Shown: positions 1 through 8,754 of the stretch, piece after piece
Layout: the number at the start of each line of letters is the position of its first letter
Numbering within the stretch: the first letter of the stretch is position 1
NCBI GenBank assembly: GCA_900617105.1
Contig: UYFQ01000001.1
Location: forward strand, 558,001 to 622,000
From: Hydrurus foetidus
Taxonomy: Eukaryota
Length of the DNA stretch: 64,000 bases
Reading direction: 5' to 3'
Position numbers and translations under genes: made by a program
The notes under the pieces: generated by a model
Told to the model about the DNA's origin: nothing
Databases searched by the model: none
What the model saw: only the letters and a program-made list of their open reading frames with translations

Positions 1-67
1 TGGACAACAGTTTGAGGAGTGTAAGCAACGCGTATAAAACGCACAGGCATCAAGTGGCGTACTTCTT

Positions 68-1303
68 TCATTTGCTGGGTTTCTCTGCCACTATTTTCCA
101 GCCACCCTCTTCGAGATTCAAAGTCAATTCTTTGCGTGAAAAATCGGTATGCCGGTCAGAGCGGTAATGCTGGCTCAGTTTGACGGTAGCCGTTTTTCCA
201 TTGGACTGGACGCCACTGACTTTGATTTCCAGCTTGATGTACTGCGCTTTTTCCATCACCGCTTGCTTGCGGCGTGCCCAGGCTTCGCGGGCAGCCCCTT
301 CAGGTGGTTGAAAGCCTAGACCGTAAGCCGCTAAATAATCGGTGTAAGAGCGCTGTGCCCATGCACGCCCCCAAGCCTCTACCGCCTTCAAGACCTCAGC
401 TTTGGTCGTATCCCCCGCACCTTGGAGTGCGGCAGGTGTTGCTACTGTCAAAGCGGGGAGGGCCGTACCAGCGGTTGCGGCGCCGTGTGCTTTTGCAGGG
501 GGCGCAGGGGCTGCCGCCGCCGGTGTTGGCGCAGGTGTGGTTGAGGGAGGTGGGTTGGTGTCGCCAATATCAGGCACCATCAATGACAAGCGGTCGCGTA
601 CAGGCGGGGGAGGGTTGACAATGCGCTCTTTGGTTATTTTGCTTGGCCGCGCATAGGGTGCGGATGGGACTGCGTTAACCCCTCTGTCTGAATTGAAGGA
701 GGTATTGCCCGCTGACAAGTAAGGCGCAGACGTGTCAGCCACGATTTTTTCCAAAGCTTGAAGCTTGCGCTGCGTTACCGCATCTCCTGGCTTTAGCGTG
801 TTGGCTTTGCCCAGTGCCGCCAGTGCGAGTCCCATGTTGACCGAGGCAAGACTGAGCTGGGTCTGGACTTGATTGCCTTGCAGTGCATCAGACTGAAGCA
901 GCATTTGTCGAGACTCCTCCAGTCGCCCCAAGCGGGCATAGAGCGAGGCTAAGTTGGCGTAGGGCGCAGGTTGCTCGGGGAACGTGGTTCTCAGGGCTTC
1001 AAACACCTCAAAAGCAGCTTGTAGCTTGCCCAATTCAAACAATAAAACACCCTTTTGTAGCAAAAGTTCTGGATTTTGCGGATCTTGCAGCAGGGCTTGG
1101 CTCAGCGCGAAGAGCCGACGTTCGCTGGCATCCACGTCCAATCCTGGGTTGGGTTTGCTGTCTGCGATGTCTGCACGCGCACCTGAAGTCGCGCCCAGCG
1201 CGGGCATAACGCACACCACTGCCAACAGTGCAGACGCTAAGCTTGAAGATACCCTGGCCTTACAAATTGAATACAACGCAGACTCCTGCTTGGGGATACC
1301 CAT
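68..1303 (-). CDS. Exported TPR-repeat protein with Pro/Ala-rich linker and C-terminal NTF2/SnoaL-like (Cds6 C-terminal-like) domain
   Basis: 411-aa ORF. Hydrophobic N-terminus, TPR-like helices (PEQPAPYANLASLYARLG), PAPTPAAAAPAPP linker, C-terminal WGRAWAQRSYTDYLAAY...KELTLNLEEGGWKIVAE. Divergent from the EPS operon. Confidence 0.7.
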   Translation of the reverse strand: MGIPKQESALYSICKARVSSSLASALLAVVCVMPALGATSGARADIADSKPNPGLDVDASERRLFALSQALLQDPQNPELLLQKGVLLFELGKLQAAFEVFEALRTTFPEQPAPYANLASLYARLGRLEESRQMLLQSDALQGNQVQTQLSLASVNMGLALAALGKANTLKPGDAVTQRKLQALEKIVADTSAPYLSAGNTSFNSDRGVNAVPSAPYARPSKITKERIVNPPPPVRDRLSLMVPDIGDTNPPPSTTPAPTPAAAAPAPPAKAHGAATAGTALPALTVATPAALQGAGDTTKAEVLKAVEAWGRAWAQRSYTDYLAAYGLGFQPPEGAAREAWARRKQAVMEKAQYIKLEIKVSGVQSNGKTATVKLSQHYRSDRHTDFSRKELTLNLEEGGWKIVAEKPSK

Positions 1304-1583
1304 GATTTAAAAGAGAAAGGCTTTGTCGAAAGCCTTAAAGCCGTGAGCTTAAGCGACAACAAAGTGAACTCTTGTGAATTTCGTCTTACAACTTTGCCCT
1401 CACCAAGGCGGCAGCAAAACTTTTGTTGTCTAATTCAAGAATTTCACCTCCGCATGTCGGTTGCAGCATGGTCGGCATTGTGAAATGTTTATTTTCGGGC
1501 AATGCGTCAAATGCCGATTTCGACTGTCGGTATACCCGCTCGAAGGTGCAGAGATGAAACGTTTTAGAACATCAGGATAAAAA

Positions 1584-2618
1584 TTGAGTGAATTTGTTTC
1601 CCTTGTGCTGTTGTGCATGCGGTGTTTGACCGCCACGGCTGTTGTGTTGCTTGGCACAGGTGTGCAGGCGCAGTCACAGCCACGCGCCATTAACTTGCCG
1701 TTAGCCAGCCAATGGGTTCCCGCTCGGGCTCAGCCATTGACAGTTTTACCGACCGTCACTTCTATAAAAGGGGCTGGTACAGCGACGACTGTCGTTGGGG
1801 GTGTTCGCCCTGTGATGTCTGCAAACAACACCAGCCCTACCGTCACATCACCGTCGGCTGCTGCGGCTACTTCAGCGCAAGACCGCTTACTGGTCGGGGT
1901 GGGGGATCAAATTTTCATCACCGTGTTTGGCCAGCCTGATATGTCAGCTGAAGTTACCGTGAACGATAACGCGCAGGTCACGTTGCCCTTGATTGGCAAT
2001 TTGAAGATCGGTGGTTTAAGTCCCGCAGCCATTGAAAAATTGATTGCACAGCGTTTGAAGGAAGGCGAATACCTGCGCAATCCCGAGGTGTCGGTGCAGG
2101 TCAAGCAGGTGCGTAGCCAGATGATTTCTGTGCTGGGTGAGGTTCAAAAGCCTGGGCGCTTTGCGCTTTTGGGCAAACTCAGCGTGCTTGATGCCCTGGC
2201 CACGGCGGGCGGGTTGACCCCTAAAGCGGATCGCACCGTGTTTTTACTCCGGCGCAGTGCAGAGGCAGGCGGGGACAGTCAACGCAAAGAAATTGCGATT
2301 CATTTAGACAAAGTGATTGACGATGGCCTGGGTGAACTCGATGTCGAACTTAAAAACGACGATGTGGTCTTTGTTGGACCCCAAAAAATGTTCTACATCC
2401 ACGGCGAAGTGCGCAAGCCCGGCGCTTACCCGATGGAGGCTGAACTTGACGTGATGCGTGTGCTGTCCATCAGCGGTGGGGTGACGGAACGCGGCTCGCT
2501 GCGCCGCATCCGTATTCACCGCAAAGGGATGGATCAAAAAACAAAAGAACTCACGCCAGACTTAAGCTCGCCCGTTCTCAGTGGCGATGTGGTCTACGTG
2601 GACGAGCGGCTGTTTTAA
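1584..2618 (+). CDS. Polysaccharide export protein (Wza/EpsE-like; Poly_export plus SLBB domains)
   Basis: GVGDQIFITVFGQPDMS...VTLPLIG Poly_export motif and two VLGEV/IHGEV SLBB repeats. TTG start follows AGGA; start uncertain. Confidence 0.9.
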   Translation: MSEFVSLVLLCMRCLTATAVVLLGTGVQAQSQPRAINLPLASQWVPARAQPLTVLPTVTSIKGAGTATTVVGGVRPVMSANNTSPTVTSPSAAAATSAQDRLLVGVGDQIFITVFGQPDMSAEVTVNDNAQVTLPLIGNLKIGGLSPAAIEKLIAQRLKEGEYLRNPEVSVQVKQVRSQMISVLGEVQKPGRFALLGKLSVLDALATAGGLTPKADRTVFLLRRSAEAGGDSQRKEIAIHLDKVIDDGLGELDVELKNDDVVFVGPQKMFYIHGEVRKPGAYPMEAELDVMRVLSISGGVTERGSLRRIRIHRKGMDQKTKELTPDLSSPVLSGDVVYVDERLF

Positions 2619-2652
2619 CCATTCAACGGCATGCCTTGACCGTATCCTCTAC

Positions 2653-4041
2653 ATGACCACCGATATCTCTGCCAGTGGGCTGTCTTTTGCACAGCTGTTT
2701 GCCATCCTTAAGGCCCGGAAATTCACGATTTTCACGGCGCTTGCGTTGACGCTGATGGCCACGTTTGCGCTTACCTCGATGTTGCCCAAATCGTATACGG
2801 CGACAGCAGAGCTGTTCATTGACTACCGCACCAACGATCCTTTGACCGGGCGCCAATTCAGTCCCATGCTGGATGAGAGCTATATGCAGACCCAAGTGGA
2901 CATGATCAAGAGCGAAGAAGTTGCCAACCGCGTCATCGATGTCACCAAAATGATGACCAGTGACGCGGGTAAAAAGCTGATTGAAAAAGAGGGGGAATCC
3001 AAAGCTCGCAGCCTTTTCGCAGCCAATATTGGCAAAGAGCTTGAGGTCGTGTTGCGCAAAAGCAGCCGTGTGGTGGAGCTGCGCTACTCTGCTGGCAACC
3101 CTGGTTTTGCACGGGACGCGCTGAACGCCGCCATACAAGCCTATATGGATTTGGTCTTGCGCATCAGCTCTGCGCCTGCTAAATCACGGCAAGAGCAGTA
3201 CAGCACCCAGCTCGAAACCTTGCGTCACGAGTTAGATGCCATACAAACCTCTATCACTGAGTACCAACAAAAGTATGGCATTGTGGATGCCGATGAGCGG
3301 CTCGATATGGGTTCGCGCCAGCTTAACGAGTTGTCTTCCAAGCAAACCTCGATACAAGGCTTGCGGCTTGAAGCCAACTCTAAACACAGGGCTATTGAAG
3401 CGATGGTCAAATCGGGTGTGCCCGCCGCTGAAATCCCTGAAATTGCACTGCAACGTGGTATCCCTGAACTTCGCTTGCGGTTGGCAGATTTAGACCGTCA
3501 AACTGCCGAAGTCAGCAGTGTTTACGGACGCAACCACCCTAAATTCAAAATTGTGATCGCTGAACGCGACATCTTGGTGCAACGCTTGAACCGTGAATCT
3601 CAAATTGCACTCAATGCCGTCTTGATGGAAGAGCGCCGCTTCGACCAGCAAGCGCAGGCCTTGTCGGGCGAAATCCAAGACAAGCAGAAAAAACTCCTGG
3701 AAATGAAAAAGCACCGCGACGTGATTGGCTCTTACCAGCGGCAAATGGAAAGCGTGCAGAAAATCTACAACTCAGCTGTGCAAAAGTACGATGAGCTGTT
3801 GATCGCCAGCAACGTCAATAGCCCCAGTTTGGCGGTGCTGCGCTGGGCTGTTGCCCCGTATACGCATTCCAAACCCATCTTGCGGGCCAATTTACTGATG
3901 AGCTTTCCGGTGGGTTTGTTGTTGGGGTTTGCCTGGGTCTTTTTGACCGAGTTAACGGGCCGCCGTGTGCGCCATGTGGACGATCTTGAGCGCGAACTGC
4001 AAAGCGATGTGCTAGGCCGTGTGGGAGCGCGCCATGTTTGA
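2653..4041 (+). CDS. Polysaccharide chain-length determinant (EpsF/GumC-like co-polymerase)
   Basis: N-terminal TM followed by PKSYTATAELFID, long coiled coil with YGRNHPK, C-terminal TM. ATG at 2653 preferred over 2581. Confidence 0.88.
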   Translation: MTTDISASGLSFAQLFAILKARKFTIFTALALTLMATFALTSMLPKSYTATAELFIDYRTNDPLTGRQFSPMLDESYMQTQVDMIKSEEVANRVIDVTKMMTSDAGKKLIEKEGESKARSLFAANIGKELEVVLRKSSRVVELRYSAGNPGFARDALNAAIQAYMDLVLRISSAPAKSRQEQYSTQLETLRHELDAIQTSITEYQQKYGIVDADERLDMGSRQLNELSSKQTSIQGLRLEANSKHRAIEAMVKSGVPAAEIPEIALQRGIPELRLRLADLDRQTAEVSSVYGRNHPKFKIVIAERDILVQRLNRESQIALNAVLMEERRFDQQAQALSGEIQDKQKKLLEMKKHRDVIGSYQRQMESVQKIYNSAVQKYDELLIASNVNSPSLAVLRWAVAPYTHSKPILRANLLMSFPVGLLLGFAWVFLTELTGRRVRHVDDLERELQSDVLGRVGARHV

Positions 4042-4082
4042 AGTTGTGTTGATCCTGTGCTGAACTTGTGCGAGAAGCCTGA

Positions 4083-5144
4083 ATGACAAACCCCAATCGC
4101 CCACGTTTTGAGTCCTTTGATAACGGCTCAGACCAGGGGCCTGCCTCCGTCTTTACCCCGATCGACCCTGCGGCTTCTGCTTTCAGCAGTTTGTCGCCCG
4201 AGGTTGTGATGCGCAAAGGGCGCATGGGCGACGCTTACATCAAGGCCAACAAACTGACCGCTGTAGAGGTGGCCGAAATTGTTCAACTGCAAAACCGCTT
4301 GCACATCCGGTTTGGTGAAGCCGCCGTGCGCTTGGGCCTGTTGACTGATCGAGAAGTGAATGAGGTGCTCGATAAACAGTTCAACTACGCCTCTTTTGCT
4401 GAAACGGGGCTGGCCTCTAAGATCAGTTCCACCTTGGCCATCGTGCACTCACCGGGCAGTGAAGCGGCTGAAGCTATCAAACGCTTGCGCTCTGAGGTGC
4501 TAGAGCGCTTAGGCCAGGACGCTAGCAACGCCATTGCGATTTTGAGCCCGCTCAAAAACGAAGGTAAAAGCCATATTGCCGCTAGTTTGGCGATTGCCTT
4601 TGCGCAGCTCAACATTAAAACCATGCTGATTGATGCGAATCTGCGTACCCCCGTGCAGCACAAGCTTTTTGGTTTATCAAATCAAACCGGTTTGTCTACG
4701 ATTTTGGCCAAGCGCAGCGCGAGAACGCTTGAGGCTATTCCCGAGGTGATGCCGAATTTCTGGGTGCTGGGCTCAGGGCCGCTGCCCCCCAATCCGCTGG
4801 AGATGCTCAGTGCTCCCAAGCTCGCAGGCCTGCTGGAGCACTTTGCCCGGCAGGTGGATGTGTTCGTGGTGGACACACCTTCCACCATGCAGTGGGCTGA
4901 TGCCCAGACCATTGCCCGGCAAACGGGCCGTGCCTTGTTTGTTGCCCGTGAAAACGTGACCCGTTTGTCTGAGATCAAAAAAGCCAAGAACGAAATCACC
5001 AGCATGGGTGTGGAGGTCTTGGGTACTGTCTACAACCAGCCCACGCGACGTGCGGCTGGGGGCTCAGGCTTTTGGGCTGCGTTGTTGTCCCCTTTTACGG
5101 GGTTGTGGCGTTTGCTTTTTCGCCGCAACAAAGGTGGCGCTTGA
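4083..5144 (+). CDS. BY-kinase / chain-length regulator ATPase (EpsG-like, CpsD/CapB family)
   Basis: AEAIKRLRS, Walker A NEGKS, LIDANLRTP, GPLPPNPLEML and VVDTP motifs. Confidence 0.9.
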   Translation: MTNPNRPRFESFDNGSDQGPASVFTPIDPAASAFSSLSPEVVMRKGRMGDAYIKANKLTAVEVAEIVQLQNRLHIRFGEAAVRLGLLTDREVNEVLDKQFNYASFAETGLASKISSTLAIVHSPGSEAAEAIKRLRSEVLERLGQDASNAIAILSPLKNEGKSHIAASLAIAFAQLNIKTMLIDANLRTPVQHKLFGLSNQTGLSTILAKRSARTLEAIPEVMPNFWVLGSGPLPPNPLEMLSAPKLAGLLEHFARQVDVFVVDTPSTMQWADAQTIARQTGRALFVARENVTRLSEIKKAKNEITSMGVEVLGTVYNQPTRRAAGGSGFWAALLSPFTGLWRLLFRRNKGGA

Positions 5145-6415
5145 CCGAGCCGCGCCCCTTCCTGTCACGCTCGATTGCCTCTGTTGTCGATCAGGTGCTG
5201 CTCAGTGGCTTGAATTTTGCGATTGGCATCGCCCTCATTCGCTACGCCTCCAAAGAAACCTACGGCCTGTACTCGCAGTTGTTTGCTGCGGGCCTGTTGT
5301 CTACCACCCTGTTAGATGCCTTGATTGGCTCTGCGTTGACCACGCTGTCCGCCAGACTGCCTGCCGCCGAAGGCCATGCTCTGGTAGCCAGGACTTTGCG
5401 TATCCAGTGGGTGGCATCGGGCCTGCTGGCGTTGGTTGCAGGTGTGGGCATTGGCGTGCTATCGGCCACGGTTGGCTTGTCTGAAAACCCCACGGCGCTG
5501 GCTTTGGCCTTTGCCGCGTTTATTTTCACGCAGGGGTACCGAGAATACTGCCGTACGGCTCTGTTTATCGCTTCACGGCCTGAACAGGTGGTCAAAGTAG
5601 ATGCTGTTTTTGTCGTGTTAACTCTGCTTGGTTCTGCCTTGTTTTTGCTGATTGAGCACATTTCAGTGACGGAAATCATGTGTTTGCTGGCGGTTACCAA
5701 TGGGCTGGCTGCTGTGCTTTACAGCCACTATTTGGTCAACAGCGAAGGCGCTCAGGTGGCTTGGCGGCGTTACTGCGATGATTTTCAGCTGCTGTGGTCG
5801 CTGGGTCGCTGGGCCTTGATCGGTTCTGTGGTGGGGTGGTTAGTCAATAACAGTTACCTGTACGCAGCAGGCGGCTTTTTAGGTGTGGCCGCCTTGGCTG
5901 ATTTGAATGCTGCACGACTGTTGCTTATTCCTATCGCCATCTTGGGTGTTGCCTGGGCGAGGGTGGCCAGACCGCCTATGGGCCAGATGATTAACGCTGG
6001 GGAATGGGGTGGGCTTCGAAGTTTCATGCGCAAATCCATGCTGACGCTGGAGGTGTTTACAGTGGGCTATGTGGCTGCGCTGTGGCTGGCGTTCCCCTGG
6101 TTGTCTACCCATGTGCTGGGTGAAAAATACCAGCATATTACGCACCTGTTGCTGTTGTGGGGCGTTTATTTTGCAGTGAATGCCGCGCGTAACGTGGGCA
6201 CCATTGCGCTCACCAGTTTTGGAGCGTTCAAAGCCTTGTTCTGGCAGGGTATTGCGTCGTTGCCTATTTTGGTGGTTGCTTGTTGGCTGTTGATGCCACG
6301 GTTTGGCGTCATGGGGGCGCTGGGCGCCATGATTGCCGTGGAAGCCTGGGAGTTGCTGGTGAATGAGCTCTACCTTCTACCTTTGGCAAAACGGCAGCAC
6401 CTGGCACTGGAATAA
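5141..6415 (+). CDS. Wzx-type polysaccharide flippase
   Basis: Multi-TM protein beginning DQVLLSGLNFAIGIALIR. TTG start overlaps the stop of the upstream gene. Confidence 0.75.
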   Translation: MTEPRPFLSRSIASVVDQVLLSGLNFAIGIALIRYASKETYGLYSQLFAAGLLSTTLLDALIGSALTTLSARLPAAEGHALVARTLRIQWVASGLLALVAGVGIGVLSATVGLSENPTALALAFAAFIFTQGYREYCRTALFIASRPEQVVKVDAVFVVLTLLGSALFLLIEHISVTEIMCLLAVTNGLAAVLYSHYLVNSEGAQVAWRRYCDDFQLLWSLGRWALIGSVVGWLVNNSYLYAAGGFLGVAALADLNAARLLLIPIAILGVAWARVARPPMGQMINAGEWGGLRSFMRKSMLTLEVFTVGYVAALWLAFPWLSTHVLGEKYQHITHLLLLWGVYFAVNAARNVGTIALTSFGAFKALFWQGIASLPILVVACWLLMPRFGVMGALGAMIAVEAWELLVNELYLLPLAKRQHLALE

Positions 6416-6422
6416 TCGCGGT

Positions 6423-7346
6423 ATGGACATCAGCGTTTGTATCTGCACCTTTCGCCGCCCCGCTTTGTTGGCCACTTTGCTGGGCGCGCTGGGCCAGCAG
6501 GATGTAGCCGCAACCTGCATAGAGTTGATCGTTGTTGACAACGATCCGGCGCATTCCGCACGTGAAGTTCTGCAGGCTTGGTTGCCACCGCCTGGGCCAC
6601 TTGGATTTTCCTTGCAGTTTTTTCATGTCCCCGAGGCCAATATATCGGTTGCCAGAAACACCGCCATCAACAAATCCAGCGGTGAGTGGATTGCGTTGAT
6701 TGACGATGATGAAATCCCGAACGTCGATTGGCTACGGCTGCTGCTGGCAGCGCAGCAGCGCTTCAGTGCCGATGCCGTGTTTGCCCCCGTCGTGCCACGT
6801 TACCTGCCTGGTACGCCGCCCTGGTTGGTGCAGGGCGGTTATTTTGACCGAGCCCGCTTCGTGACCGGCACCCCTATTGACGACCGCGATGCACGCACGG
6901 GCAATGTGCTGATTCGCGCCGAGCGGCTCAAAGCCATGCCAGGCCCGTTCGATGTTGACTTTGGCCGCACCGGCGGCGAGGATAGTCTGCTGTTTCGCGA
7001 TCTGATGGCCCAAGGTTGCGTCCTTGTCTGGTGTGATGAGGCCACCGTGTCCGAAGAGGTGCCGCTTGATCGGGCCAGTGCCCGTTGGTTGTTGCGCCGC
7101 TCGTTTCGCGTGGGGCAGACCTGGATCCGTACCGAATTGCACCGCTTGCCGCCTCAGACCAAGCGCATGCGCGGCGCTGTGTTAACGGTGCGTGCCGCTA
7201 TACAATTAATAGCTAGCCTGGCTTTTGCTGCTTGCGCATTACCGGTTTCTCGCACCAAATCGTTTCACTGGGCACGCATTGCCATGATGCAGGTAGGCCG
7301 TTTGACGGGGATGACCCGCTACCAGTACAAAGAGTACGGAGCTTGA
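6423..7346 (+). CDS. GT2 glycosyltransferase (ExoM-like)
   Basis: ISVCICTFRRP, VVDND, ARN, IDDDE and GGEDS motifs. Confidence 0.9.
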   Translation: MDISVCICTFRRPALLATLLGALGQQDVAATCIELIVVDNDPAHSAREVLQAWLPPPGPLGFSLQFFHVPEANISVARNTAINKSSGEWIALIDDDEIPNVDWLRLLLAAQQRFSADAVFAPVVPRYLPGTPPWLVQGGYFDRARFVTGTPIDDRDARTGNVLIRAERLKAMPGPFDVDFGRTGGEDSLLFRDLMAQGCVLVWCDEATVSEEVPLDRASARWLLRRSFRVGQTWIRTELHRLPPQTKRMRGAVLTVRAAIQLIASLAFAACALPVSRTKSFHWARIAMMQVGRLTGMTRYQYKEYGA

Positions 7347-7347
7347 T

Positions 7348-8754
7348 GTGGGTGCTAATGTGAACGTTGCTGTAGGTGCCCAAGTCAATGCCGATCCGTT
7401 TGGTTACGCTAAACCTTGGGAAGTGCGCCTGATCGCTGCTTTACTTTTCACCACCGTGATGTTTGCGCTGCTGCCCTCGGGGCTGTCATGGGAGAACATT
7501 GAGGCCAGTACCGATGTGGTGGAGGGGTCGATGGCAGTCAAGCTGCAATGGGGGGGTATTTTTACCGTATCTGCCTTCATCGTGATGCGGCACCGTGCCT
7601 TGGCGTTGTCCAACCTGCGCGCGGCCAACCCCTTTTTATTGGCCATTTTTGCCTACTGCTTACTCAGCGCACTGTGGTCGCCCGCAGCAGGTGTGACCGT
7701 CAAAAAAGTGGTTCAATTTGGTGGCATGATCGCCCTCAGTCTGGCCATACAAACAGACCGTAAACCCTGGACACATTCCATTTTGGTGATGCTGGCCGCG
7801 TTGACATCGATTCAATTCGCGTCCGCCGTTGTTGCCATCGTCAACCCCTCGTTCGGTATTGATGCGTACTTTGGTTATGCATGGCGGGGGGTTTTGTCGG
7901 GTAAAAACACCTTGGGTGCTGTGGGGGCGCTCAGTGTGTTGTTGTGGGCCTCAGTGTGGCAGTTGGAAACCCTTAGACGTGGGGTATTTTGGTTTGGTTT
8001 GCTGCTCAGTTTGCTCTGCGTCATCATGTCCAAAAGTTCCACCAGCATCACCATCACAGCCTTAGGCTTAGTTTCATTATGGGTGTTTCGCAAGCAACAC
8101 ATCGGCTCCCCGCTGTGGCTGCAACGCTTGTTGGCCAGTCTTGGGATTGTGGTGATCGTGTTGATCCATATTTTTTACATCCATGAGGGCCGACTTCCTG
8201 AGCGCGAGGAGGTGCTAGAACCCTTTGCCAGCCTGTTCGGTAAAACAGCCGATTTAACCGGGCGGGCTGATATTTGGGAGCCTTTGGCGATTCAGATTGA
8301 AAAGCACTGGCTGTATGGCATCGGCTACGGCGCCTTTTGGTTGGGCTATGGCAGCCCTGCACAACCTATTTTGGATGTATTGCCTTGGGTTCCTTTTCAG
8401 GCACACAACGGCTACTTGGACTTGCTCAATGAATTGGGGGTTGTGGGTGTTGTCTTGTTTGTGGGTATTTTGATTTCCAATGCCTACAGCCTCTCCAAGC
8501 TCATGCGCGTAGACCGACCTGCTGCTGCGTTGTTTGCCTCACTGCTCATCACCACTTTGTTTTCCAACCTCACGGAAACCTCGATGTTTCGGGGGGTCAC
8601 GTTTCCCTTCATTTTGATGATCCTCTCGTTCATCAGCACCACCTCGGATTTGAACCACCGGCGATTGGTGCAGCTGATGTCTGCTGCGCCTTCGGGGCCG
8701 GTGACAACACCAGCGCGTGGTGAACGCGCTAACCTGAGTCGAGCAGCGGTATGA
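7348..8754 (+). CDS. O-antigen ligase / Wzy polymerase family (ExoQ-like)
   Basis: Multi-TM. WRGVLSGKNTLG, SKSSTS, LTGRADIW, GIGYGAFW and AHNGYLDLLNELG motifs. Confidence 0.88.
   Translation: MGANVNVAVGAQVNADPFGYAKPWEVRLIAALLFTTVMFALLPSGLSWENIEASTDVVEGSMAVKLQWGGIFTVSAFIVMRHRALALSNLRAANPFLLAIFAYCLLSALWSPAAGVTVKKVVQFGGMIALSLAIQTDRKPWTHSILVMLAALTSIQFASAVVAIVNPSFGIDAYFGYAWRGVLSGKNTLGAVGALSVLLWASVWQLETLRRGVFWFGLLLSLLCVIMSKSSTSITITALGLVSLWVFRKQHIGSPLWLQRLLASLGIVVIVLIHIFYIHEGRLPEREEVLEPFASLFGKTADLTGRADIWEPLAIQIEKHWLYGIGYGAFWLGYGSPAQPILDVLPWVPFQAHNGYLDLLNELGVVGVVLFVGILISNAYSLSKLMRVDRPAAALFASLLITTLFSNLTETSMFRGVTFPFILMILSFISTTSDLNHRRLVQLMSAAPSGPVTTPARGERANLSRAAV

Noticed and set aside
1651..1666. Sigma54 promoter TGGCAC...TGC
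   Set aside because: The GG-to-GC spacing is one base short and the site lies inside the export gene.
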